Below are positions 9,625 to 19,256 of a stretch of DNA of 64,000 nt, one piece after another. The notes below the pieces were generated by a model. It made no database searches and was not told the DNA's origin. It saw only the letters and a list, made by a program, of their open reading frames with translations. Source of the DNA: Angustibacter luteus (GTDB taxonomy: Bacteria; Actinomycetota; Actinomycetes; Actinomycetales; Angustibacteraceae). The translations under genes and the position numbers were made by a program. The stretch is taken from NCBI RefSeq assembly GCF_039541115.1, contig NZ_BAABFP010000002.1, positions 62,001 to 126,000 on the forward strand, read 5' to 3'. Position 1 is the stretch's first letter, and each line of letters opens with the position of its first letter.

Positions 9625-10517
9625 CCTGCTCGCGGACCCTCGACGGCCGCCGCGAGCTCGCGCAGGCGGGGCAGGGCCCGGGTGGTCAGCAGGTCCTCCC
9701 GGGTCTCGGGCGACACCGCGAGGCTGTCCTTCCACAGCGAGCGGCCCGCCATCGCCCCGCTGGCGCCGTTGGCGACGGCGATCGCCACCTGCTTGATGAA
9801 CGTCTCGTGGTCGACGCCGGCCGAGAGCACGGCCCACGGCACGCCTGCGGCAGCCGCCGTGACGGCAGCGCTGGCCTCGGCCGAGCCGGGGTACGGAAGC
9901 TTCAGCACCTTGGCGCCGCACTCGACGCTGATGCGCGCGGCGTCGGCCACCAGCTGCGGGAACGCCGCCTGGTAGTCGGCCTCGCTCTCACCCTCGAGCC
10001 GGTAGGTGAGGATCTCGACGATGAGCAGCAGCCCCTCGGCCTCGCAGGCCTTCACCAGGTCGCGGATCTCGTCGCCCACCCGGGACTGGGCGTCCTGCTT
10101 GTCCGGCCGCAGGTACCAGAGCATCTTGGCGACGTCGCCGCCGAGCTCGCGCACCGTCCGGGCGGTCACTCCCTCGACGAAGTGCGTGTACTTCAGGCCG
10201 TCGACCGTCTCGAAGCCCGAGGCGTCCATGCCGACGACGAGAGCCGTTCCGCGGGCGAGCGTCCCGTCGTCCACCAGGGCGGGCAGCGCGACCTCCGGGT
10301 CGAGCAGGATCGCCGGCGCCTCGTTGCCCAGGTACCGCACGAGGTCGGACTTCGCGGCCGCGAGCTGCTCCAGCGTCACGGAGCCGGGCCCGTCCGGCGC
10401 GTCGGTCATCACGGCCTTCATCCCGTTGCGCTGGTCAGCGGCGACGATCAGCATCCGTCCCGAGTCGGTCGAGATGGCGGCCATGGCCCGTCGCTCGAGC
10501 GTCGTGAGTTCGTTCAT
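9621..10517 (-). CDS. Class I aldolase, LacD/YihT (tagatose-bisphosphate aldolase) family
   Basis: AADQR, ILLDPE, KVLKLPYP, WAVLSAGV, GASGAMAGRSLW. Confidence 0.85.
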   Translation of the reverse strand: MNELTTLERRAMAAISTDSGRMLIVAADQRNGMKAVMTDAPDGPGSVTLEQLAAAKSDLVRYLGNEAPAILLDPEVALPALVDDGTLARGTALVVGMDASGFETVDGLKYTHFVEGVTARTVRELGGDVAKMLWYLRPDKQDAQSRVGDEIRDLVKACEAEGLLLIVEILTYRLEGESEADYQAAFPQLVADAARISVECGAKVLKLPYPGSAEASAAVTAAAAGVPWAVLSAGVDHETFIKQVAIAVANGASGAMAGRSLWKDSLAVSPETREDLLTTRALPRLRELAAAVEGPRAG

Positions 10518-10534
10518 TGCGGTTCTCCGATTCA

Positions 10535-11902
10535 TCAGGTGTTCGAGCAGGTGCTCGTGGTCTGGAGGAGGCCCAGGGCGAACATCGCCGCTCCGTAGGC
10601 CGTGTCCTGCGCGCGGTCGGACACGATCAGTCCGGGCAGGACGGTGCTGCGTGCGCGCTGCACGCTCTTCATCGCGGCCCAGCCGCCGGTGAGCAGCGTC
10701 GAGCGGGCGGGCGGGATCTCGGCGTCCATGGCCTCGATGAGCAGCTGGACCTCGTCGTTGCCGTGTCGCAGGACGGCGTTGAACAGCTCCGCGCTGGTGA
10801 CGCCGTCACCGCGGACGGTCAGGGACAGCACGCCGTCGTCGTTGCGAGCACCGCGGACGTCGACGGCGCCGTCGCCGAGCTCGCCGTCGAGCGGGAGCGC
10901 GGAGGCCTCCCGGTCCAGCCGGTCGCGGCCCTCGTGGTCGGAGATCCCGGACAGCAGCAGGGCGCGGCGCATCAGCAGCCCCGTCTTCACGCCGGCGACG
11001 ACCACCGTCTTGCCTGGCACGACATGGCGCACGCAGTTGATCAGGTGGTCGGCCAGCCGGGCCCGGGCCGCGAACGGCAGCGGCTCGTCCAGGACGCGCA
11101 GCAGCACCTCGGCCGTGCCCATCGAGACGTGGTAGCGGTCGTCAGGGATCGCGCCGGCGGAGACCGCCGAGACCAGGTGGTCGTGGCCGGCCACCGTGAC
11201 CCGCGCACCGTCGAAGCCAGCGGGGACCCAGTCCGCGTCGGCGACGCCGAGGTTGGCGCCCGCCTCGACGAGCGGGGGCAGCAGGTCGGCACCGACTCCG
11301 AGGTGCTCGAGGAGCTCGGGCCAGGGCTGCCCGGTGTCCTGGTCGATCAGGCCGGTCCGTGAGGTGAGCGAGTACTCGCTGACCTCGTCCGCCCCGAGGG
11401 CCGCGGCGACGAACTCGGGAAGGTTGAACCAGCGCAGGCCGCGCAGGTCCAGGCCCGCGTCCCGCAGGTGGAGCAGCTTCGCGACCGAGACCTGGGCGCC
11501 GGCGGGCAGCCCCGTCCGGCCGGCGAACTGGGCCCGGAGGACGATCGGCAGCGCGTCGATCTGGTCGACCCCGCGCGGGTCGAACCAGGCGAAGCCCGGC
11601 GCGACGGCCTGCCCCCGACGATCCACCAGGAAGCCGGTCTCCCCCATGCCCGACACGGCCAGGGCGGCAACGGACGCGTCGGCTTCGCCCGGGCTCTTGC
11701 GCAGCTGCGCGGCGGCGGCAGTGAGCAGCTGGCGCACGCTGTCGACGAGGCTCGTGGCGTCGATCTCCGTGGTCCCGTTGGCACCCTGGCGCCACGGCGT
11801 CGGGCACTGCCGGACGAGCACCTCCGCGCCGTCCTCGTCCACGACGAGCACCTTGAGCCCGGTGCTGCCCAGGTCCAGACCCGCGACCAGTCGACGACTC
11901 AC
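10535..11902 (-). CDS. FGGY-family carbohydrate kinase
   Basis: GLDLGSTGLKV, WFDPRG, SRTGL, AGHDH, SMGTA, TAYGAA; start at VSRRLV. Confidence 0.88.
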   Translation of the reverse strand: MSRRLVAGLDLGSTGLKVLVVDEDGAEVLVRQCPTPWRQGANGTTEIDATSLVDSVRQLLTAAAAQLRKSPGEADASVAALAVSGMGETGFLVDRRGQAVAPGFAWFDPRGVDQIDALPIVLRAQFAGRTGLPAGAQVSVAKLLHLRDAGLDLRGLRWFNLPEFVAAALGADEVSEYSLTSRTGLIDQDTGQPWPELLEHLGVGADLLPPLVEAGANLGVADADWVPAGFDGARVTVAGHDHLVSAVSAGAIPDDRYHVSMGTAEVLLRVLDEPLPFAARARLADHLINCVRHVVPGKTVVVAGVKTGLLMRRALLLSGISDHEGRDRLDREASALPLDGELGDGAVDVRGARNDDGVLSLTVRGDGVTSAELFNAVLRHGNDEVQLLIEAMDAEIPPARSTLLTGGWAAMKSVQRARSTVLPGLIVSDRAQDTAYGAAMFALGLLQTTSTCSNT

Positions 11903-12001
11903 GATCCCTGCACCGCTTCCTCCTGTGTGCGATTGATCCCGTTGCGCCAGAGCGGGTCCTGCTCCGTGAGCGGTCGCTTGCCGCTCGAGGTTCGAACTTT
12001 C

Positions 12002-12015
12002 TGACACCGGTGTCA
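12002..12015. promoter_or_regulatory. Palindromic LacI-type operator TGACACCGGTGTCA
   Basis: Perfect 14-bp palindrome 100 bp upstream of FGGY kinase operon; same core as 6136-6196 sites. Confidence 0.78.
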
Positions 12016-12069
12016 CATTGGCCACCATGGTACGCAGGGGAAGGCAGGGGTTGTCAATCGTCCGGAGGG

Positions 12070-13158
12070 CTACCGGTTGGGCAGGGCGAGGCGGATGACC
12101 TTGGACCAGGCCGACGCGACCTGCTTCGGCAGCGGGCCGGTCGTGTAGGTCAGGCCGTACTCCTCGAAGATGCCCTGCACCTGCGGCGCGATCTCCTGGT
12201 AGCGGTTGCTCGGCAGGTCGGGGAACAGGTGGTGCTCGATCTGGTACGAGAGGTTGCCCGTCATGATGTGCATCGCCCGGCCGCCGGAGATGTTCGCCGA
12301 GCCGAGCATCTGGCGCAGGTACCACTCGCCGCGGGTCTCGCCATCGATCGAGTGCCGCTCGAAGGTCTGCACACCCTCGGGGAAGTGCCCGCACATGATC
12401 ACCGAGTGGGTCCACAGGTTGCGGACGAGGTTGGCCGTCGCGTTGGCGCCCAACGTGTGCAGGAACGACGGGCCGGACAGCAGCGGGTGCACGACGTAGT
12501 CCTTGGTGACCTGGCTGCGGATCTTCTTCAGCACCTGGCGGGTCCGGGCCTTGAACTCCGGGCTCTGCCGGCGCTTCTTCGAGCGCAGGTTCTTGCCCAG
12601 CTCGAGGTCGTACGCCGCGATGCCGTACTCGAAGAAGCAGGCGTTGAGGAAGTTCCACAGCGGCTGGGCAAGGTAGATCGGGTACCAGCGCTGGTCCTCG
12701 TCGACCCGCATGATGCCGTAGCCCAGGTCGTTGTCCCGGCCGATCACGTTGGTGTACGTGTGGTGCAGCTCGTTGTGCGAGTGCTTCCACTGCTCGGACG
12801 GCGAGGCGTTGTCCCACTCCCAGGTGGTGGAGTGGATCTTGGGGTCACGCATCCAGTCCCACTGGCCGTGCATGACGTTGTGGCCGATCTCCATGTTCTC
12901 CAGGATCTTGGCCACCGACAGTCCCACCGTGCCGACGAACCAGGCGGGCGGGAACAGCGAGAACAGCAGCACCCCGCGGCTGGAGAGCTCGAGCTTGCGC
13001 TGCACGTCGATCACCCGTCGGATGTACGCCGCGTCGCTGGCGCCGCGGGCGGCGACGACGTCCGCGCGGATCGCGTCGAGCCGCCGGCCGATCTCCTCGA
13101 CGTCCTCGGCGGTCAGGTGCGCGACCGGGCTCACGGCCTTGCTCTGCATCACGGTCAT
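12070..13158 (-). CDS. Acyl-CoA fatty acid desaturase (DesA3-like)
   Basis: His boxes HNVMH, HNELHH, QIEHH. Confidence 0.92.
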   Translation of the reverse strand: MTVMQSKAVSPVAHLTAEDVEEIGRRLDAIRADVVAARGASDAAYIRRVIDVQRKLELSSRGVLLFSLFPPAWFVGTVGLSVAKILENMEIGHNVMHGQWDWMRDPKIHSTTWEWDNASPSEQWKHSHNELHHTYTNVIGRDNDLGYGIMRVDEDQRWYPIYLAQPLWNFLNACFFEYGIAAYDLELGKNLRSKKRRQSPEFKARTRQVLKKIRSQVTKDYVVHPLLSGPSFLHTLGANATANLVRNLWTHSVIMCGHFPEGVQTFERHSIDGETRGEWYLRQMLGSANISGGRAMHIMTGNLSYQIEHHLFPDLPSNRYQEIAPQVQGIFEEYGLTYTTGPLPKQVASAWSKVIRLALPNR

Positions 13159-13171
13159 GGTTGGTCCTCCG

Positions 13172-14272
13172 TCACAGGTCGATGTCGCAGGCCCCGGCCG
13201 CAGCCGAGACGCAGGTCTGGATGAGCACGCCGTCACCGGGCGCGGCGGTGGTCAGGTCGCCGGAGCGCAGGTCGCGCACCGTCCCCTCGCGCAGCGGCAG
13301 GACGCACGAGTAGCAGATCCCCATCCGGCAACCCGAGGGCATCAGCAGGCCGGCCTGCTCGCCGGCGTCCAGGATCGGGGTGGCGCCGTCCACCTCGAGT
13401 ACGGTCCCGCTGCCGCTGAAGGTCAGCGTGCCGCCGTCCCCCGGTGCGGCGAGCGCGGTACGGAACCGCTCGGTGTGCAGCTGGTCCGGGCCGAGGGTCG
13501 ACCAGTGATCCTCGATCGCGTCGAGCAGCCCGGCCGGGCCGCACGCCCACGTCTGCCGTTCGGCGAGGTCGGGGACCAGGGCCGCCAGCTCGGCGACGTC
13601 CAGCCGGCCGTGCTCGTCGGTGTGCTGCTCCACCAGCCGCAGCCGCCCCGCATCGGCGAGGGACCGCAGCTCGGCGCCGAAGATCACGGCGTCCGCGCTG
13701 GCCTCGGAGTGCACGAGCACCACGTCGTCCAGCCGGTCGAGGCCGGCGCGCAGCATCCCCATCACGGGGGTGATGCCGCTGCCGCCGGTGATGAACAGGA
13801 CCTTGCCCGGCGCCGGGTCGGGCAGCACGAAGTCGCCGAGGGCCTGGTCGATCTGCACCAGCTGGCCCGGTCGCAGGTGCTGGGCCAGGTGGGCGCTGAC
13901 CAGGCCGTCCGGCACGGCCCGCGCGGTGATCGTGATGAGGCCGTCGGCGGAGCCGGGCACGGAGGTGAGCGAGTACGAGCGCCACAGCCGGACGCCGTCC
14001 ACGTCGAGCCCCACCCGGACGTACTGGCCGGGCCGGTGACCGCGCCAGGCGGCCCCTGGCTGGAGCACGACGGTCACGGCGTCCGCGGTCTCGGGACGGA
14101 CCTCGACGACGCGGGCGCGCAGGTCCGCTCCGGCGCGCAGCGGTCGGAACATGTCGAGGTAGTCCGCCGGGGTACGTGGGTACGCCGCGGCCTCCGCCAC
14201 CCGCCAGAGCCGGTCGCGCAAGCCGCGTCGCGGTCCGCCGGCGGCACCGGGGTCACGCAAGAGAGTGGCCAT
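13172..14272 (-). CDS. Ferredoxin-NADP reductase/2Fe-2S partner of the desaturase
   Basis: RSYSL, GGSGITP, CGP, GCRMGICYSC and C-terminal Cys. Confidence 0.9.
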   Translation of the reverse strand: MATLLRDPGAAGGPRRGLRDRLWRVAEAAAYPRTPADYLDMFRPLRAGADLRARVVEVRPETADAVTVVLQPGAAWRGHRPGQYVRVGLDVDGVRLWRSYSLTSVPGSADGLITITARAVPDGLVSAHLAQHLRPGQLVQIDQALGDFVLPDPAPGKVLFITGGSGITPVMGMLRAGLDRLDDVVLVHSEASADAVIFGAELRSLADAGRLRLVEQHTDEHGRLDVAELAALVPDLAERQTWACGPAGLLDAIEDHWSTLGPDQLHTERFRTALAAPGDGGTLTFSGSGTVLEVDGATPILDAGEQAGLLMPSGCRMGICYSCVLPLREGTVRDLRSGDLTTAAPGDGVLIQTCVSAAAGACDIDL

Positions 14273-14353
14273 GTACCTAGGGTGCGCCCCGCTGCGAGTA
14301 AGTTCATGACCGCAGGAAGTGAATCAACGGCTCAAAACTGTGCGGAGCGAACA

Positions 14354-15595
14354 ATGAGTGAGAACGACGCGTCCCAGCAGCCCAGCCACACCGCACGTGG
14401 CGCGGCCGAGCTCGAGCTCGGCCAGGACACGCTCGACCTCCTGCGGTCCCGACTTGCCGCGGTCGCCGAGGACACGGTCCGGGCGATCACGGAGGAGGTG
14501 CCTGGGTACGCCGGCGCGTTCACCGGTCCGATGGGCGCCACCATCCAGGCCGCGGTGCAGCTCGCACTCGGCGGGTTCCTGAACCTGGCCGGGCAGCCGC
14601 GGGCCGGTGACCCCGGTACGCCGATGGCACCGGCCCTCGAGGGCGCCTACGCACTGGGCCGAGGTGAGGCGCGCGGAGGGCGCAGCATGGACGCCCTGCT
14701 CGCCGCCTATCGGGTCGGCGCCCGCGTCGCCTGGCGCGACCTGTCGGCGACCGCCGTCGACGCGGGCCTGCCGGCCGGCACCGTCTCGAAGTTCGCCGGC
14801 CTCGTGTTCGCCTACATCGACGAGCTGTCCGCCGCCAGCGTCGCGGGCCACACCGACGAGCTGGCGACCACGGGGCGGGTTCGACAGCGGTACCTGCAGC
14901 GCCTCGGCCACAGCCTGCTGCGTGGCGACCCGGTCGACCGCCTGGCCGCCGCGGCCGAGCGCGCTGACTGGGCACCCCCGCGCACGCTCACGGCCGTCGT
15001 CCTGCCGGCTGGGCGGGTCCGCACCCTGCTGACCGCCCTCGATCCGCGCACCCTGCGCCCGGACGAGGACCTGCCCGACCTCCAGGCGGACGAGGACGAG
15101 TCCGAGCTCGGCGTCCTGCTCGTGCCGGACGCCGACGGGCCGCGTCGGCGCGCGCTCCTGCGCACCCTGCAGGGCCACGACGCCACCGCCGGACCGGCCC
15201 GACCGTGGGCCGACGTCCGGGAGTCGTACCTGCGGGTGCTGCGCGCCCGACGGCTCGGCCTCATCGATCAGCCCGGCCAGGGCGAGGCAGCGGTCGACAC
15301 CGAGCAGCACCTCGCCGCGCTCGTCGTGAGCAGCGACCCCGCGGCGCTGGCCGACCTGCGCCGCCGCGCCCTCGCGCCGCTGGACGGCGTGCGACCGAGC
15401 ACCGCCGAGCGGCTCGCCGAGACGCTCCGCGAGTGGTTGCTGCACCAGGGTCGGCGGGACGACGTCGCAGCGGTGCTGCACGTGCACCCGCAGACCGTCC
15501 GCTACCGCATGGGCCAGATCCGCGAGCTCTACGGTGACCGGCTCCAGGACCCGGACGTCGTCCTCGACCTCACCGTCGCGCTGGCGCGCGGCTGA
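14354..15595 (+). CDS. PucR/CdaR-family transcriptional regulator
   Basis: C-terminal HTH LHVHPQTVRYRM; divergent from desaturase operon. Confidence 0.87.
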   Translation: MSENDASQQPSHTARGAAELELGQDTLDLLRSRLAAVAEDTVRAITEEVPGYAGAFTGPMGATIQAAVQLALGGFLNLAGQPRAGDPGTPMAPALEGAYALGRGEARGGRSMDALLAAYRVGARVAWRDLSATAVDAGLPAGTVSKFAGLVFAYIDELSAASVAGHTDELATTGRVRQRYLQRLGHSLLRGDPVDRLAAAAERADWAPPRTLTAVVLPAGRVRTLLTALDPRTLRPDEDLPDLQADEDESELGVLLVPDADGPRRRALLRTLQGHDATAGPARPWADVRESYLRVLRARRLGLIDQPGQGEAAVDTEQHLAALVVSSDPAALADLRRRALAPLDGVRPSTAERLAETLREWLLHQGRRDDVAAVLHVHPQTVRYRMGQIRELYGDRLQDPDVVLDLTVALARG

Positions 15596-15600
15596 GGTCG

Positions 15601-17835
15601 CTAGTCCTCGGTGACCGTGAGCTCTCCGACCAGCGGGGCGTCCGAGTCGCCGCCGACCCAGATGTCGAAGGTCGTGGGCTCGCCCACCCAGTCCCGGACG
15701 GCGGCGTTCCAGTACCGCCGCTCGTCCGGGCCGACCGTGAACTGGACCGTGCGGGACTGCCCCGCCTCGAGGCGGATGCGCTGGAAGCCCTTGAGCTCGC
15801 GGACCGGGCGGGAAGCGGACCCGTACCGCTGGTGCAGGTAGAGCTGCACCACCTCGTCGCCCGCGCGCTCCCCCGTGTTGGTGACGTCGACCGACACCGT
15901 GACCGTGCCCTGCGTCGGCACCGTCGGCGGATCCACGACCAGGGCGCTGTACTCGATCCGGCCGTAGCCGAGCCCGAAACCGAACGGGAACAGGGGGGTG
16001 CTGACCTCGTCCCAGTAGCGCTGCGCCTGCTTCTCCGGCTCGTGGGACCTGGAGTGGGAGTAGATCATCGGCACCTGCCCGACCGTCCGCGGCCAGGTGA
16101 ACGGCAGCTTGCCGCCGGGCGCGACGTCGCCGAAGAGCAGGTTCGCCACGGCCTCGCCGCCGCGGGTTCCGGGGTACCAGATGTCCAGGATCGACGGCAC
16201 GTGCTCCGCGGCCCACCGCAGGTCGAGCGGACGCCCGTTCATCACGAGGAGCACCACGGGCGTGCCGGTCCCGACCACGGCCTGCAGCAGCTCGAGCTGG
16301 CGTCCGGGCAGGTCCAGCGACGACCGCGAGGCCGCTTCGCCGATCATGTTCTGCCACTCGCCGACCACCACGACCGCGACGTCGGCGGCGGCGGCCAGGT
16401 CGACGGCCCGGCGGAGCTCGGCCTCCTCGTCGAAGCCCTCGGGGTCCTGCGGCCGGTTCCGCCCGAACATGTCGAACATCGAGGCGAACTCGCGCTGGAC
16501 GACCGGCACACCCTGGGCGTAGTCGACCCGAAGTGCGTCGCCCGCTCGGGCGCGCAGGCCGTCGAGCACCGTGACCGTCTCGTCCAGGTCGAAGTCGAAC
16601 ACCCACGGCCCGAGGATGTCGCGACGGGAATCGGCCAACGGCCCGATCACGGCCACCGAGCCGAGGGTGCTGATGTCGAGCGGCAGGAGGTCACCCTCGT
16701 TCCGCAGCAGGACCGCGGAACGCTCCGCCGCCGTGCGGGCCACGTCCCGGTGCGCGGGATCGGCGAGCACCTCACGCGCGCGGTCCTCGTCGACGTACGG
16801 GTCGTCCAGCAGACCCAGCCGGATCTTGGCCTCGAGCACCCGCCGGACGCTGGCGTCCACGGCCTGCGCGCTCGCCGCACCGGAGTCGAGCGCCTCGGGC
16901 AGGTGCGCGAACGCCGGGTCCGCGATCGCCATCTCCAGGTCCACCCCGACGTTCACCGCCCGTGCCGCCGCATCGGGCAGGTCGACCGCGAAGCGGTGGT
17001 TGACCAGGCTCCGCACGACGTTCGCGTCGCTGACGACGAAACCCTCGAAGCCCCAGGTCTCCCGCAGCACCTCGGTGAACAGCCAGTGGTTGCCGCCGGC
17101 CGGGATCCCGTTCAGCGGCATGTACGCGGTCATCACGTTGCCGGCACCGGCCGCGACCGCGGCGGCGAACGGCGGGAGGTACACGTTCCACAGCTCGGAG
17201 TCGGAGAGGTTGACCTCGTCGTAGTCCCGGCCGCCGAGCGCGGCGCCGTAGCCGGCGAAGTGCTTCGGACCAGCGATGACCCGCTCGGGGGCGCCGAGCT
17301 CCGTGCCCTGGAACCCCCGCACCTGGGCGGCCGCCACCGCCGCGCCCAGGAACGGGTCCTCGCCGGCGCCCTCGACCATCCGGCCCCACCGCGGGTCGCG
17401 GGCGATGTCCACCATGGGTGCAAAGGTCCAGTGGATGCCGACGGCGCGGGCCTCACGGGCAGCCACGGCCTGCCCTCGTTCCACGGTCTCCGGGTCCCAG
17501 GAGGCCGCCATCGCAATCGGCACCGGCAAGATCGTGCGGAGCCCGTGGATGACGTCGAAACCGAACAGCACCGGGATGCCGAGGCGGTTGCCCTGCACGG
17601 CCATCCGCTGCAGCCGGTTGATCTCGGCCGGATCAGTGACAAAGAGCAGCGAGCTCGCCCCGCCGGCCCGCAGCGCCGACTCCACCATCAACGGCTGGGC
17701 GTCCGCCTCGAAGCCGGCGGGCGGCTCAGCCCCGGCGGGCAGCCGGAAGTAGAAGTACTGGGTGAGCTGAGCCGCCTTCTCGGTCGGCGTCATCTGGGCG
17801 ACGAGCGCGTCCACCCGTGACTCGATGGATCCCAT
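15601..17835 (-). CDS. GH3 beta-glucosidase (BglX-like, Fn3 C-terminus)
   Basis: DVIHG, APMVDIARDPRWGR, KHFAGY, GFVVSD, ELKGF. Confidence 0.92.
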   Translation of the reverse strand: MGSIESRVDALVAQMTPTEKAAQLTQYFYFRLPAGAEPPAGFEADAQPLMVESALRAGGASSLLFVTDPAEINRLQRMAVQGNRLGIPVLFGFDVIHGLRTILPVPIAMAASWDPETVERGQAVAAREARAVGIHWTFAPMVDIARDPRWGRMVEGAGEDPFLGAAVAAAQVRGFQGTELGAPERVIAGPKHFAGYGAALGGRDYDEVNLSDSELWNVYLPPFAAAVAAGAGNVMTAYMPLNGIPAGGNHWLFTEVLRETWGFEGFVVSDANVVRSLVNHRFAVDLPDAAARAVNVGVDLEMAIADPAFAHLPEALDSGAASAQAVDASVRRVLEAKIRLGLLDDPYVDEDRAREVLADPAHRDVARTAAERSAVLLRNEGDLLPLDISTLGSVAVIGPLADSRRDILGPWVFDFDLDETVTVLDGLRARAGDALRVDYAQGVPVVQREFASMFDMFGRNRPQDPEGFDEEAELRRAVDLAAAADVAVVVVGEWQNMIGEAASRSSLDLPGRQLELLQAVVGTGTPVVLLVMNGRPLDLRWAAEHVPSILDIWYPGTRGGEAVANLLFGDVAPGGKLPFTWPRTVGQVPMIYSHSRSHEPEKQAQRYWDEVSTPLFPFGFGLGYGRIEYSALVVDPPTVPTQGTVTVSVDVTNTGERAGDEVVQLYLHQRYGSASRPVRELKGFQRIRLEAGQSRTVQFTVGPDERRYWNAAVRDWVGEPTTFDIWVGGDSDAPLVGELTVTED

Positions 17836-17951
17836 TCCGCGTCTTCCCTTCGGTGGGCAGTGCCATCGTCACCTCACCACGGGAGCCCTTCGTCCCGGAA
17901 CCCCGGCGTGCTGGCGAGCCCTCTTCGGCCGATCACGCGGTCTCCGCAGCG

Positions 17952-18074
17952 CTAGCTCGCACCATGGGGTCGCCGGTGCATCGCATCCAGGCGCTCGCAG
18001 CCGCCGAGGAAACCAGCGATCACGGTGCCGGCAGCGAACCACAGCATCGCGAGGATGATCAGGATCAAGATCAC
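17952..18074 (-). CDS. Putative 40-aa single-pass membrane microprotein
   Basis: VILILIILAMLWFAAGTVIAGFLGG...; TAGGGT hexamer 7 nt upstream of GTG (leaderless layout). Confidence 0.4.
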   Translation of the reverse strand: MILILIILAMLWFAAGTVIAGFLGGCERLDAMHRRPHGAS

Positions 18075-18154
18075 GAGGCCGACCCTAGGGGCGCAGCGAC
18101 AGAATGCACGCCGACGCGCCGCAGCCGGAGGCGCCGTCCTCGCGGTTTCTCGGG

Positions 18155-18228
18155 TGGGGCGGGTGGGGCTCGAACCCACGACCGACGGATTATGAGTCCG
18201 CTGCTCTGACCGGCTGAGCTACCGCCCC
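18155..18228 (-). tRNA. tRNA with CAT anticodon, most likely tRNA-Ile2 (lysidine); CCA not encoded
   Basis: GGGGCGG/CCGCCCC acceptor stem, TAGCTCAG D-arm, GGACT-CAT-AATCC anticodon arm, GTTCGAG T-loop; lacks initiator features. Confidence 0.9.
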
Positions 18229-18229
18229 G

Positions 18230-18470
18230 TCAACTACAAGAGCCCAGGTCAGACGGCGTCAACCCACCGCGACGACCCAGGTCAACCACACGAGCGGCCT
18301 CCCTGGTCCGCAGGTAGTCCGCACCGGCCCGGGTAGCCGCCTCGCCCAACCTGTCGACGAACTGGTGGACGTCGCCCGGGTACAAGAAACCGTAGCGGTC
18401 CAGCGTGATGGCCACGGACGAGTGTCCCTTGCCGGATGTGCAGGCTGGCGCGCGTGTGCTTGAGGTCCTC
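18230..18470 (-). pseudogene. C-terminal remnant of tyrosine recombinase/integrase
   Basis: DLKHTRASLHIRQG (HxxRH box) then frameshift to GHSSVAITLDRYGFLYP (catalytic Tyr box); N-terminal part absent. Confidence 0.8.
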
Positions 18471-18736
18471 GGCCGCTGGACATCCCCGTCACGCTGGGCG
18501 ACGATACCGCCGAGACCCCGAGGCGCGCGGTCGCGGGACGTTCGACCGCTGCCCTTAGTCTTGAGCTGGCCTCCACGAACCGGCGACTTTAGGGTCAGGT
18601 CGTCGGATAGCTACGCCGGAACAGTCACGGTGCAGGCGTGCTCCACCGAGCTCAACCAGTTGGTCCAAGTTCCGGCGATCTCGCAGCCGGGTGGCTAGCT
18701 TCGATTCGCCGCGCCCAAACGCTTCCGGAGGATCAC

Positions 18737-19181
18737 ATGCGCCGCCTGCTCACCGCCGCCGTCCTGACACCCCCACAAACTCCACCGTGGCTCTGACCAC
18801 GCACGCTGACGCTACGACGGGCGGGGTGCGCATCTCGAAGGTGCAGTACGACTCGCCTGGGGCGAGCTGCCTGTGACGAACTGCAAAGCTCAACGCCGAG
18901 TGGGTCCGGCTCACGAACACGAGCAAGACCAGGAAAACGATCACCGGCTGACGTTGCGCGACAAGCAAGCGACACGCCTACAAGTTCCCGACCACGAAGC
19001 TCGGGCCGGGCAGGTCCCTGGAGCGAGCACCGGCAAGGGAACCAACTCGTCGTCTATGCGTTTCCAGACCGCACCTAACACATCTAACAACGACGGCGAC
19101 CAGGCGTGCCTGCGGCACGCCCTTGGGCGCACTCGTCGCCTCAGCGCCTGGGGCGACGCGAAGGGCTACACATACTGCTAG
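18737..19181 (+). pseudogene. Frameshifted secreted lamin-tail-domain (LTD) protein
   Basis: GGAGG+MRRLLTAAVLT leader; frame-hopping pieces VRISKVQYDSPG / LNAEWVRLTNTS..TITG / TLRDK / HAYKFP..LGPG / TGKGTN / NNDGDQA.L. Confidence 0.72.
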
Positions 19182-19256
19182 ACGCCTACCGGTTCGGGTA
19201 GATCAGACTGAGGCGGGCCAAGCTCCCCAGAGGTGTCGCCTCCGCGCCAGCGATTC

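Noticed and set aside
12070..15595. Desaturase-reductase-PucR trio as a novel system
   Set aside because: Matches the known DesA3 plus reductase arrangement common in actinobacteria
18155..18228. tRNA-Met or initiator assignment
   Set aside because: Fully paired 1-72 position and no triple G-C anticodon stem exclude the initiator; sequence resembles Ile2, though elongator Met is not formally excluded without a covariance model
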